From the NCBI GenBank assembly GCA_964567895.1, contig CAZMOX010000004.1:560-64559 (forward strand): a stretch of DNA of 64,000 bases, written 5' to 3'. The position numbers and the translations under genes are program-made. Below, piece by piece: positions 9,333 through 19,141 of this stretch; within the stretch, counting starts at the first letter, position 1, and every line of letters starts with the position of its first letter. Origin of the DNA: an uncultured Spirochaetales bacterium. Its GTDB lineage: Bacteria; Spirochaetota; Spirochaetia; JABMQR01. The notes beneath the pieces were generated by a model. The model worked only from the letters and a program-made list of their open reading frames with translations. It was not told the origin of the DNA and did not search any database.

Positions 9333-10388
9333 ATGGCTGAACAAATATTTTTTAAAGTAGAGAAATTGCAGAACTATCTTTCGGAAATGTACTCGAAAGC
9401 AGGTTTATCAAAAGAGGATGCGGATATTTGTGCGGAATGCACAATACTGACAAACCTTTGGGGAGTAGATTCCCATGGGGTGCTCAGGACTCCTGCCTAT
9501 ATAAAAAGAGTGCTTAAGGGTGCTGTGAATAAGAGTGCAAACCCTTTTTACATAAAAGGAGAAGGTGGACCACTAGCCATTATGGATGGCGATGCCGGAA
9601 TGGGCTATGTAGTTGGTTCCAGGGTAATGGATGCTGCTGTAGCAAAAGCGAAAGAGTTTGGGTTCGGAATGATTGTGGTTAAAAACAGTAATCATTTTGG
9701 AGCTGCCTCTTTGTATACACGTCGGGCTGCAGATGCCGGTATGTTGGGCATTGTGACAACAAATGTTATACCAAATATTGGAATGCCGGGAAATATAAAA
9801 CCAGTATCCGGGAATAATCCATTAGCTTTAGCAGCACCTATTGGTAAACCCTATCCATTTTCATTGGATATCTCTATGAGTGCTGTTGCCGGGGGGAAGC
9901 TTCTTCTGGCTCAAAAAAAAGGTGACAAAATTCCGACCACGTGGTCAATAGATAAAGAAGGAAACCCAACTGATGATCCATTTAAAGGATTTGAAGGGAT
10001 TTTACTTCCCACCGGAATGCACAAAGGTCTGGGAATGTCTTTCTTCATAGATATCATAACTGGTGTTATGAGTGGAGGACCCTTTTTACAGAACATAAAG
10101 AGTATGTACAAGCATGCAGATGAGCCGAGTTTGACATCGCATGTCTTTTGTGTTATCGATCCGGAATTCTTTATGGAGAAAGAAGAGTTTTCCGGGAGAA
10201 TGGCTCAGTGGGTTGATATGATTAAATCTACGCCAATGGCTGCCCCGAAAACTGAACAGATAATTCCCGGAGAGATTGAGTACAACTGTGAGATGGCAAG
10301 AAGGAAGTCGGGGATTCCTTTACCTGCTGAACTGGTTGAAGATCTCAAGGCACTGGAAGAACAATTTAAAATGGATAACAGACTGTAA
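9333..10388 (+). CDS. Ldh2-family (malate/L-lactate/sulfolactate/ureidoglycolate dehydrogenase-type) NAD(P)-dependent 2-hydroxyacid dehydrogenase
   Basis: Ldh_2 hallmark VVKNSNHFGAASLYTRRAADAGMLGIVTTN and overall length. Confidence 0.8.
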   Translation: MAEQIFFKVEKLQNYLSEMYSKAGLSKEDADICAECTILTNLWGVDSHGVLRTPAYIKRVLKGAVNKSANPFYIKGEGGPLAIMDGDAGMGYVVGSRVMDAAVAKAKEFGFGMIVVKNSNHFGAASLYTRRAADAGMLGIVTTNVIPNIGMPGNIKPVSGNNPLALAAPIGKPYPFSLDISMSAVAGGKLLLAQKKGDKIPTTWSIDKEGNPTDDPFKGFEGILLPTGMHKGLGMSFFIDIITGVMSGGPFLQNIKSMYKHADEPSLTSHVFCVIDPEFFMEKEEFSGRMAQWVDMIKSTPMAAPKTEQIIPGEIEYNCEMARRKSGIPLPAELVEDLKALEEQFKMDNRL

Positions 10389-10434
10389 AAGTCTCAATCA
10401 TACACATTACTAAAGATATAGAGGAGAAAGAGTT

Positions 10435-11349
10435 ATGAAAAAACAGACTGAATTTAAGTTAAACCAGAGAGATTCTGTGTGGTTTCAGGAAAATAGTGCA
10501 CATGTAGTTGTTGAATATGCAAAGAATGTTTGTGATATTGCAATCCTTCCAATTGGAGCAATTGAACAGCATTCAGCACATGCGCCAACAGGAATGGACA
10601 CCTATAATGCAATTGGAATTTCAGAGAAAGTGGCTGAGAAAACCGGTGCCATGCTTCTTCCCTGTCCCATGTACGGATCGCATCCCCATCACCATTGGGG
10701 AATGCCCGGAACAATTCCATTAACCTATGAAACACACATTGGACTTCTGATGGATATCATCAGAGGAGCTGCTGTATCCGGTTACAATAAGTTCTTAATC
10801 ATTTCGGCTCATGGTCAAGTTTCCTCTACCATAGTTGCAACACATAAATTGGGTATTGAAGGATTATTTACCATCTCATCAACATGGTACGACTTTCTCC
10901 GGGATGATAAAACAGTTCTTGAAGACTATATGTGGCATGCTGATGAAGCAGAGACTTCTGTTGGTCTCTATCTCTATCCGCAGTTTATAAAGATGGAACT
11001 GGCTGAGGCTGGTTACGGCACTCCTCTTATTGATTCAAAATGGAAAATTGCTCCGGGTCAGGCAGCAAAGGCAGGGACACTCTACCACTTTGAAGGAACC
11101 TTTGCTCTTCCGGAAAAAGATGATCTTGATAATGGCGTTATCGGAGATCCTACAAAAGCAACTTACGAAAAAGGTAAGGGTGTTATTGAAGGTGTTGTAA
11201 AGCATTATGCAGGACTTGTTGATGAAATCAAAACAAAATACCCCTGTGGAATAAATCCGCTTGGATTTAGAAACCCGGCTGGTTATGCAGGTACTTCAGA
11301 TATTGTATATGACAAAGATCATGACAGCAAAGGGCAGTTAATTAAATAA
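10435..11349 (+). CDS. Creatininase-family (creatinine amidohydrolase / ArfB / inosose-hydrolase-type) metal-dependent hydrolase
   Basis: ILPIGAIEQHSAHAPTGMD and His/Glu metal-ligand pattern. ~300 aa, longer than canonical creatininase. Confidence 0.7.
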   Translation: MKKQTEFKLNQRDSVWFQENSAHVVVEYAKNVCDIAILPIGAIEQHSAHAPTGMDTYNAIGISEKVAEKTGAMLLPCPMYGSHPHHHWGMPGTIPLTYETHIGLLMDIIRGAAVSGYNKFLIISAHGQVSSTIVATHKLGIEGLFTISSTWYDFLRDDKTVLEDYMWHADEAETSVGLYLYPQFIKMELAEAGYGTPLIDSKWKIAPGQAAKAGTLYHFEGTFALPEKDDLDNGVIGDPTKATYEKGKGVIEGVVKHYAGLVDEIKTKYPCGINPLGFRNPAGYAGTSDIVYDKDHDSKGQLIK

Positions 11350-11461
11350 TATTTAATTATTGAAATTGCCTACATGTACAGAATTGTAAAAGAGAGCAGA
11401 GCTGAATACCCAGGGGTAATAGGTCTGCACTTCTCTTATTGGAACAGGAGAGCTAAATAAG

Positions 11462-12883
11462 ATGAACAAACCAAGAATTGGTATTATCACTTTCGGTGAT
11501 AACAGAGATCCTGAATGGAATAAAGTATTTAAGCAAATGACTGTTCCCCGGCATGATCTTGCTGTGGAGATGCTTAAAACTCTTCCTATAGAGGTAATAT
11601 CGGTAAAAGAACCTGCAAGATCACGAGAAGAGATTAATAATCAGGTTGATTTGCTGAAAAATGAAGGGATTGATGTATTTATTGCGCATACTCCATGCTG
11701 GACTTCACCCAATTTGGTGGTGCACGGTGTTCAACGAATGGAGATGTTTACCATCATGCTTGGGAATCGTGACATGTCAACACATGGCTGTGTCGGTTTA
11801 TTTGGTGCTGCAGGTGCTCTTTCACAGATTGGACAGAGTCACAAACGAATTCGTGTGGATTATACCGAAGAGATGTATAGGGAGAAGCTGTTGCCGATAC
11901 TTCGTGCATCAGCTGTTAAAAACCGTCTTAAAGGTTCAGTTATGGGCCACTTCGGGGGACGATCGATCGGTATAGATACTGCGACCTTTGACCCGATGGG
12001 ATGGCGGAAGCAGTTTGGGGTTGATGTTGAACATATTGATCAGGTGGAGATTCTTCGCCGAGCAGAATTGGTTTCACAGGAACGTATTGACCGGATGCGG
12101 GAATGGATTGAAAAGAATGCAAAAGAAGTTCTCTATAATGATGATAAATTCACCCCAAAAAAATTTGATTTTCAACTTGCCTGCTATATTGGTACAAAAG
12201 ATATTTGTAAGGATCTTGGTTTGGACTTTACCGCAATTAAGTGTATGCCGGAACTTTCAAATAGTTATGTCCCTCAATGTATGACAGCTACATTTCTTCC
12301 GGACAATTTTGATGGCGAAGAGGGTGAAAAAGAGGGAATTGTCATGGCTTGTGAGGCTGATGGTGATGGGGCTCTTACCCAGCAGATTCTTAAAATTGTT
12401 TCTGGCGGGATGCCGACTCTATTCGCTGATGTCAGCCATATTGATGATAGTGAAAAGATTGTCTACTGTGTGAATTGCGGCGCTCTTTGTGCATGGTATG
12501 CAGGCCGAAACGAAAACCCTAAAAAAAATCTTAATCTCATAACTATTAAACAATCTATCCGGCCAGGCGGTGCAGCTATTTCAGGTTTTTTTGCATCACC
12601 AGGGCCTATACAATTAGCGCGACTCTATCGGGTGGATGGGAAATACCGAATGGCAATTATCCCTGCAGAAGCAGTAACGCCGAATAAAGATACTGTGGAG
12701 AAATTTATTGAAGCCCGGGGCTCTCATCAGCTTCCCACACTGTTTGCTAAAGTGAATTTTTCTGTAGAAGATTTTGTTGATGAATATGGTTCTAACCATA
12801 TTTCAGGTGTTGCCGGGAATTACACGAAAGAGCTGATTGAAGTATGTAAGATGCTTGATATTGAGCCGGTAGTGTTTTCATAA
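11462..12883 (+). CDS. L-fucose/L-arabinose isomerase family (aldose-ketose isomerase) protein
   Basis: MACEADGDGALTQ catalytic-region motif, ~470 aa, fucose-isomerase-like C-terminal domain. Confidence 0.7.
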   Translation: MNKPRIGIITFGDNRDPEWNKVFKQMTVPRHDLAVEMLKTLPIEVISVKEPARSREEINNQVDLLKNEGIDVFIAHTPCWTSPNLVVHGVQRMEMFTIMLGNRDMSTHGCVGLFGAAGALSQIGQSHKRIRVDYTEEMYREKLLPILRASAVKNRLKGSVMGHFGGRSIGIDTATFDPMGWRKQFGVDVEHIDQVEILRRAELVSQERIDRMREWIEKNAKEVLYNDDKFTPKKFDFQLACYIGTKDICKDLGLDFTAIKCMPELSNSYVPQCMTATFLPDNFDGEEGEKEGIVMACEADGDGALTQQILKIVSGGMPTLFADVSHIDDSEKIVYCVNCGALCAWYAGRNENPKKNLNLITIKQSIRPGGAAISGFFASPGPIQLARLYRVDGKYRMAIIPAEAVTPNKDTVEKFIEARGSHQLPTLFAKVNFSVEDFVDEYGSNHISGVAGNYTKELIEVCKMLDIEPVVFS

Positions 12884-12895
12884 GGATTCAATAGG

Positions 12896-14035
12896 ATGAA
12901 TAGAAGAGAAATATTTACTGCAGCTATGAACCATCAGGAAACAGGCCGCGTACTTGTTGATCAGGGAAAACAGGTCGGTTCGATACATAAATTCGGATAC
13001 GCCAGGATACGCGAGATGATGGGACTTCCTCCTAAAGAGGGCATTATTCTTGATAGAATGAGTCAGTGCGTTATCTCCGATGAAGATTTGCTTGAAGCCT
13101 GGGGAATTGATTTTAGATGGTTAATTCCGAACTGGGTACAGATTGAGGAGATTGATGAAGATCATTATAGAAATCTATTTGGTGTTCTATTCAGGAATTC
13201 CGGAGACTATTTTTCTATATATGATGCTCCCATGAAAGGAAAAGAGATTGATGTTCTAGATAGCTACAAGTGGCCGAATCTGCACGATACTGCAATGTTT
13301 GCAGGGTTAAGAGATCGTGCAGAGGATTTACACAACAATACTGACTATGTAATTGGAGCAGATGGGATCAAGGGCGGAATTTTCCAGACAAGTCTTGAGT
13401 TGAGAGGCTATGATCAACTCTATATGGATTTTTACCTTGAACCGGATTTTGCTCATGCACTACTTGATAAAGTCACTGAATGCTATAAAGAGATGTATAC
13501 GGATTACATGCGTGAAGTGGGGGAGTTTGTACAGATTGTCTATCTCACAGATGATTTTGGCAGTCAGAATTCCCTGTTGATGTCCGGAGACATGTGGGAA
13601 ACATTCATGAAACCCCGTCAGGCAGATCTCATTGCACATATCAAATCTTTAGCACCACATGTGAAGGTAATGTTCCATACAGATGGATCGGTACTTCCTA
13701 TTATCGATGGAATGATCGATATGGGTGTTGATATCCTTAATCCTGTACAGACTTCTGTAGAGGAGTTGAAGGATACCCATGCTTTGAATGAGCAATATGG
13801 TGAAAAAATTGCATTTCACGGTGCTATTGATGTACAGAATGTTATGGTGAATGCAACTCCTGGCCAGATTCGGGAAGAAGTTAATCTACGTCTGTGCGAT
13901 CTGGGAAAAGGCGGTGGCTATATTATTGCTACCTGCCATAATATTGGTTACGACATACCTCCTGAGAACTTAAAAGCATTTTATGCTGCAGTTAAGGAGT
14001 TTTCTGCATATCCGTTAAAACGATTGGGAGAGTAG
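12896..14035 (+). CDS. Uroporphyrinogen-decarboxylase (URO-D)-like TIM-barrel protein (MtaA/CmuA-like family)
   Basis: C-terminal pattern VDILNPVQ...IAFHGAIDVQNVM...GGGYIIATCHNI is typical of the UroD/MtaA family. Confidence 0.65.
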   Translation: MNRREIFTAAMNHQETGRVLVDQGKQVGSIHKFGYARIREMMGLPPKEGIILDRMSQCVISDEDLLEAWGIDFRWLIPNWVQIEEIDEDHYRNLFGVLFRNSGDYFSIYDAPMKGKEIDVLDSYKWPNLHDTAMFAGLRDRAEDLHNNTDYVIGADGIKGGIFQTSLELRGYDQLYMDFYLEPDFAHALLDKVTECYKEMYTDYMREVGEFVQIVYLTDDFGSQNSLLMSGDMWETFMKPRQADLIAHIKSLAPHVKVMFHTDGSVLPIIDGMIDMGVDILNPVQTSVEELKDTHALNEQYGEKIAFHGAIDVQNVMVNATPGQIREEVNLRLCDLGKGGGYIIATCHNIGYDIPPENLKAFYAAVKEFSAYPLKRLGE

Positions 14036-14042
14036 TAGGATT

Positions 14043-14828
14043 ATGAAAATTACAAATGATAACTATGTGAAAAAACTGCTGAAAGAGGGGAAGAAAGTTA
14101 CAGCAGCCTGGGCACAGGCTGCAAGTCCTATTACCGCAGAAATATTGGGAGATGCGGGATTTGATGCCGTCATGATAGATATGGAACATGGTCCTGGAGA
14201 TATCATGATGCTTATCAATCAGATCAATGCCTTGAAAGGTCAACCGGCTGTTCCTTTTGTACGGGCACCCTGGAATGATTTTGTTCAGCTGAAAAAGATA
14301 CTTGATGCCGGAGTCTATGGGGTACTTGTTCCGTATGTGAATAGTGCTGAAGAAGCAGAAGCAGCGGTTAAAGCAGTAAGATATCCAACTGAAGGAATCA
14401 GGGGAGTTGCAGGTAGTCCAAAAGCGCCGCACTTTGGGAACAACTCTATGGAATATATGAAAAAGGCAAATGAAGAGATATTTCTCATGACTGCAGTAGA
14501 GACTCCGGAAGCCGTAGCAAATCTGGATGAATTGCTTAAAGTTGAAAAACTTGACGGCATTTTTATCGGTCCAATGGATCTTGCAACGAGCATGGGGTAT
14601 TTTGGAAATCCTCAGCATCCTGAAGTGCAGAAAGCTATACAGGAAGTTGAAGAAAAAGTATTTGCCAGTAACAAAATTCTCTCTACTATTGCCGGTTCCT
14701 GGGAAGATGCAAAAACGAAATACGATAGAGGATATCAGCTGCTGTTACTCATGTCTGATACCGTAACACTTAGCAAGACAGCCAGAGCTCTAACCGGCTC
14801 ATTTGCAGATGCCTATCCCGGACGATAA
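14043..14828 (+). CDS. HpcH/HpaI-family class II aldolase (2-keto-3-deoxy sugar acid aldolase type)
   Basis: GFDAVMIDMEHGPGD and GIFIGPMDLATSMG motifs of the HpcH/HpaI/YfaU family. Confidence 0.8.
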   Translation: MKITNDNYVKKLLKEGKKVTAAWAQAASPITAEILGDAGFDAVMIDMEHGPGDIMMLINQINALKGQPAVPFVRAPWNDFVQLKKILDAGVYGVLVPYVNSAEEAEAAVKAVRYPTEGIRGVAGSPKAPHFGNNSMEYMKKANEEIFLMTAVETPEAVANLDELLKVEKLDGIFIGPMDLATSMGYFGNPQHPEVQKAIQEVEEKVFASNKILSTIAGSWEDAKTKYDRGYQLLLLMSDTVTLSKTARALTGSFADAYPGR

Positions 14829-14875
14829 TATCCGTTTTTAGCTTGATACATAATTATTTATAGAAGGAGAATAGT

Positions 14876-15889
14876 ATGATAAAAGTAGGAGTAGCCGGAT
14901 ACGGCGTAATAGGACAGAGGCTTGCCGATGGAGTTGCATGGCAGAAAGATATGGAGTTGGTTGGAGTTGCAGATGTGGCTCCCACATTACCAATACGTGC
15001 ACTTTATGAGAGTGGAATGCGGTACAAACTGTATACTGCAGTACCTGAGAAGAAAAATCTGCTCACTGATTTAGGTATTCCTGTAAGCGGAACCCTTGAA
15101 GATCTGGTGCAGGAAGTCGACATCATACTTGATGCTACCAGTGCCGGAATTGGAGCTAAGAATAAAGAGCTATACCAAAAATATAATACCAAAGCTATAT
15201 TTCAGGGCGGTGAGAAAAATGATGTAGCAGATGTTTTTTTCCATGGATATGCAAACTATGAAAAAGGTGTTGGAGCTGACTACTTAAAACTTACCAGCTG
15301 TAATACAACCGGATTGATTCGTGCAATTGATGCAATTGACCGTGCAGTTGGTGTGGTGAAGACAGCAATTACGATCATTAGACGTGTTGCAGATCCCGGC
15401 GATTATCATCGTGGACTTACTAATGCCCTACAGGTTGATAAGGCTCCCAGCCATCAGTGTCTTGATTTAATGACAATAATGCCGCATGTGGATGCAACCG
15501 GTATACTGATTCATACACCGGTAACCCATGGACATATTATTACTCCGGTTGTTAGTACCAAGAGTAAAATAAACAAAGAAGAATTGTTGGCAATTTTTAA
15601 TGCACACCCCAGGATCAAAGTGGTACGGATTGAAGATGGGTTTCTTGGTAATGCTTCTTTATTTAAGTATGCCAGAGATCTTGGGAATAAACGCGGTGAC
15701 ATGTATGAAGTTGCTGTTTGGGAAGAGTCTATTGTCAATAGTGGAGATGACATCATGTTTGCTATGAATATCCCGCAGGAGTCTGTCGTTATTCCTGAGA
15801 CTATGGACGGCATACGTGCAGCAATGAAGATGCAGTTGACACGTGATGAAGGAACAGCCGAAACAAATAAATATCTTTGGATGAAATAG
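14876..15889 (+). CDS. gap: Archaeal-type (type II) glyceraldehyde-3-phosphate dehydrogenase homolog
   Basis: 337 aa. Type-II GAPDH signatures: N-terminal GxGxIG Rossmann, active-site TSCNTTGL, and overall similarity to archaeal GAPDH. Confidence 0.8.
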   Translation: MIKVGVAGYGVIGQRLADGVAWQKDMELVGVADVAPTLPIRALYESGMRYKLYTAVPEKKNLLTDLGIPVSGTLEDLVQEVDIILDATSAGIGAKNKELYQKYNTKAIFQGGEKNDVADVFFHGYANYEKGVGADYLKLTSCNTTGLIRAIDAIDRAVGVVKTAITIIRRVADPGDYHRGLTNALQVDKAPSHQCLDLMTIMPHVDATGILIHTPVTHGHIITPVVSTKSKINKEELLAIFNAHPRIKVVRIEDGFLGNASLFKYARDLGNKRGDMYEVAVWEESIVNSGDDIMFAMNIPQESVVIPETMDGIRAAMKMQLTRDEGTAETNKYLWMK

Positions 15890-18436
15890 ATGGAAAAGCG
15901 AACTGAACATATACCTGAGGAAGTTTCAGGCTCCCCGGGATTTCTCCCGATGGAGAGCTTCGAGGTGAAGGGGAAACGAGTCTTGCTGCGGCTGGATGTC
16001 AACTCCCCGATCGACCCGGAGACCAAACGGATCGTAAATGAGAACCGGATGGATAAAAGCCTGCCGACCCTGAAGTGGCTGCTCAATCAGGGTGCGAAAG
16101 TGGCCGTAATCGCCCATCAGGGCGATACGCTGGATTACCAGAATCTGATTCCTTTAAGTGAACATGCAGAAAAGCTGAGTGCAAAACTGGGACGGGAAGT
16201 TGCCTACATCGATGATGTCTGCGGCCCTGCTGCCCGGGAAGCTGTTGCAGGTTTGTCCGATGGACAGTGTATTATCCTTGGTAATCTACGGTATTTGTGT
16301 GAAGAGATATCCACCTTTGAGGATGCAGTGAAACTGCGCCCCGAAGAGATGCTGAACACCTGGTTAGTGCGTTCTCTTGCACCCCTATTCGATCTCTACA
16401 TAAATGATGCCTTTGCTGCAGCTCATCGGAATGCACCGAGTATGGTAGCTTTTCAGGAACTGCTTCCCAGTGCAGCCGGACCGCTGCTCTATAAGGAAGT
16501 AAGTGCGCTTACAAAGGTGATGAAATCACCTGAGCATCCAGCCGTTTTTGTTCTAGGCGGGGCCAAAATATCCGACGCCTTTGGGATGATGGAACAGGTT
16601 CTGGCCAACGGGACAGCCGATACGATTCTGACAATCGGGGTAACCGGAGAAATATTCCTGATAGCCGCAGGGTATGACTTAGGCTCTGCAGTACAGAAAT
16701 TCATAGAAGACCGGCACCTGGGAGTTTTTATTACCGAGGCAAAGAAGTACCTGAAATCCTATCCGGGACATATTGTACTGCCCGAAGATCTGGCCTATGG
16801 GGACGGAGGTTTGCGTAAAGAAATTCCAGTCTCAGAGCTGCCGGTTGATGAACTGTTTATGGATATAGGGAGTAATACGATACAAAGCTATAAAGAGATT
16901 ATTGCTAATGCAGGAACCTTGTTTGTGAACGGACCGGCAGGAGTATTTGAAGATGGATTGTTTGCCAAAGGGACGGAAGAGTTGTGGAAAGCGATTGCAG
17001 CTTCAAACGGATACTCGGTAGTAGGCGGTGGAGATAGTGTAAGTGCGGCAGCGAGGTTTACCGAGCTTTCAGACTACAGCTATGTCTGTACCGCAGGCGG
17101 TGCAATGGTACGGTTTCTTTCGGGGAAAAAGCTTCCGCTGATTGAGGCGATGGAGAAAGCGGGAGGCAAGGGAGCGGAGACGGGAGACGGGAGGATGAAG
17201 ATAAACCTTCCGTATAAGAGAGATGCTATACAGATAGATATACCGGCAGAACGGTTGGCCGGGGTGCTTGAGCCTAATGAGGTAGTGAGTGCTGAGGATC
17301 CGATCGCTGTTGTTCGCAAATCTTTTTCTCACGTTTATGGGACTCAGAGTTTTGCCGAATTTCTGGAAGCACCCGGTGAACTGCTGGTTATCGTAAATGA
17401 CGGAACAAGGCCGACTCCTACCCGGTTTGTTATCGAGGCCATAGCCGATGAGCTGGAAATTGCCAAAGCAACATTCATGATCGCTACCGGAGTACACCGC
17501 GGACCGACAGCAGAAGAGTATGAATTTATCTTTGGCAGCCAATATACTCGATTCGCGGAACGCATTCTGGTGCATGATGCCCGCAAGGATGAGATGGAGT
17601 ATCTGGGAGTCTCAAAGAACGGCACCGAAATGTATCTGAATAAAAAAGGAGTAGGGTTTGACAAGATCCTGATCATTGGGTCAGTAGAGCCGCACTACTT
17701 TGCAGGCTATACCGGAGGCCGGAAAGGATTGCTTCCGGGGATAGCTTCCTATCATACCATTGAACAGAACCACAAACATGCACTTTCTCCGAAGGCCTGT
17801 GCCTTGGCGCTGGAAGGCAATCCGGTGCATGAGGATATGATTGATGCGTTGAAAGTGGTGAAGAATAACCTATTCACGATAATGACGGTATTGGACAAAC
17901 ATCAGGAGATCTATGGGGTAACATCCGGGGATATTTATGCAGCCTTTTCCGGAGCAATTGGCAAAGCGAATGAGGTATTTGTGGCACCGATAGCAGAGAA
18001 GGTTGATGTAGTAGTAACGTGTGCAAAGTATCCTATGGATGTTGATTTGTATCAGGCACAGAAAGCGATAGAGAATGCGAAGCTGGCACTGAAGCCCGGC
18101 GGAATACTGATACTGGTGGCAGCGTGTCGGGACGGGATAGGGGAGAAAGCTTTTAGCGATCTGCTGAGTTCCTGTGAAACTAGTGAAGCGGTTTTGGCAA
18201 AGATAGAGCAGGAGTATAAGCTGGGGTATCACAAGGCGGGAAAGATAGCCGAGGTGAACCAGTGGGCGCAGATATGGGCGTATACGGAATTAGCAGATGA
18301 GACATTGGAGCAGATATTTCTGCATCCGGTTAACAATTTGCAGGAAGCGATAGATAAGGCCTTACGGGAGAAGGGTGATAGAGCGAAAGTGCTCTTTCTG
18401 CCTGACGGCAGTGTCACTGTCCCTCAATTATCATAA
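15890..18436 (+). CDS. pgk: Fusion protein: archaeal-type phosphoglycerate kinase (N-terminal ~410 aa) + LarA-like nickel-pincer-nucleotide 2-hydroxyacid racemase/epimerase domain (C-terminal ~420 aa)
   Basis: PGK motifs LLRLDVNSP, YINDAFAAAHR, VLGGAKISD, NGPAGVFE, GGGDSVSAA. The C-terminal LarA/DUF2088 motifs are IVNDGTRPTP, ATGVHRG and GSVEPHYFAGYTGGRK. The 848-codon ORF is uninterrupted. Confidence 0.8.
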   Translation: MEKRTEHIPEEVSGSPGFLPMESFEVKGKRVLLRLDVNSPIDPETKRIVNENRMDKSLPTLKWLLNQGAKVAVIAHQGDTLDYQNLIPLSEHAEKLSAKLGREVAYIDDVCGPAAREAVAGLSDGQCIILGNLRYLCEEISTFEDAVKLRPEEMLNTWLVRSLAPLFDLYINDAFAAAHRNAPSMVAFQELLPSAAGPLLYKEVSALTKVMKSPEHPAVFVLGGAKISDAFGMMEQVLANGTADTILTIGVTGEIFLIAAGYDLGSAVQKFIEDRHLGVFITEAKKYLKSYPGHIVLPEDLAYGDGGLRKEIPVSELPVDELFMDIGSNTIQSYKEIIANAGTLFVNGPAGVFEDGLFAKGTEELWKAIAASNGYSVVGGGDSVSAAARFTELSDYSYVCTAGGAMVRFLSGKKLPLIEAMEKAGGKGAETGDGRMKINLPYKRDAIQIDIPAERLAGVLEPNEVVSAEDPIAVVRKSFSHVYGTQSFAEFLEAPGELLVIVNDGTRPTPTRFVIEAIADELEIAKATFMIATGVHRGPTAEEYEFIFGSQYTRFAERILVHDARKDEMEYLGVSKNGTEMYLNKKGVGFDKILIIGSVEPHYFAGYTGGRKGLLPGIASYHTIEQNHKHALSPKACALALEGNPVHEDMIDALKVVKNNLFTIMTVLDKHQEIYGVTSGDIYAAFSGAIGKANEVFVAPIAEKVDVVVTCAKYPMDVDLYQAQKAIENAKLALKPGGILILVAACRDGIGEKAFSDLLSSCETSEAVLAKIEQEYKLGYHKAGKIAEVNQWAQIWAYTELADETLEQIFLHPVNNLQEAIDKALREKGDRAKVLFLPDGSVTVPQLS

Positions 18437-18459
18437 AAATAAAATAACAGGAGAAACAG

Positions 18460-19119
18460 ATGAAGAAGAAAGTAGGAGTAATACATACCTTTCTCTATTC
18501 AGTAGAAGCACTTAAAGAACTCTTTGAAGAGTTAATTCCCGAAGTGGAAATGATTAATATCATAGATGACTCACTTTTAAAAGAAGTATTGGCAAATGGC
18601 GGACCTACCCCGGCAGTAGTACGAAGAATATGCAACTATGCACAGGAACTTGAGAACCTTGGATGTGATATAATTCTTAATCAGTGCTCATCAGTCGGAG
18701 AAGCTGCAGATATAGCACAGAAGCTGATATCAATACCCTACATCAAAGTTGATTCACCTATGGCCTGTGAAGCAATACGGCTGGGGAAAAAGATTGGTAT
18801 GGTCGCAACTGCATATACTACACTGGGACCATCAGTACGTCTTGTAGAGACAACAATCAAAGAGTTGGGTTCTGATGCCGTGGTGAACGAATGTTTTGCT
18901 GAGGGTGCATATGATGCACTGCTGAATGAGGGAAACAAAGCAAAGCATGATGAAATATTAATGGCTACCATTGATAAAGCGTGTGCTGAAAACGATGTAG
19001 TATGTTTGGCACAGGGTAGTATGATTAGTTTGCTCGAGAAATGTAAAGATAAACCTGTTCCTGTAATACACAGTTTCCGTAGCGGCGTAGCTCAGATTCG
19101 TGATATACTAGGGCTCTAA
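18460..19119 (+). CDS. Asp/Glu/hydantoin racemase family protein
   Basis: ~220 aa with a Cys-containing two-subdomain pattern (ILNQCSS...VVCLAQGSM) typical of Asp/Glu racemase-like enzymes. Confidence 0.65.
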   Translation: MKKKVGVIHTFLYSVEALKELFEELIPEVEMINIIDDSLLKEVLANGGPTPAVVRRICNYAQELENLGCDIILNQCSSVGEAADIAQKLISIPYIKVDSPMACEAIRLGKKIGMVATAYTTLGPSVRLVETTIKELGSDAVVNECFAEGAYDALLNEGNKAKHDEILMATIDKACAENDVVCLAQGSMISLLEKCKDKPVPVIHSFRSGVAQIRDILGL

Positions 19120-19141
19120 TTCAATGTAGGAGTGGTTATCT

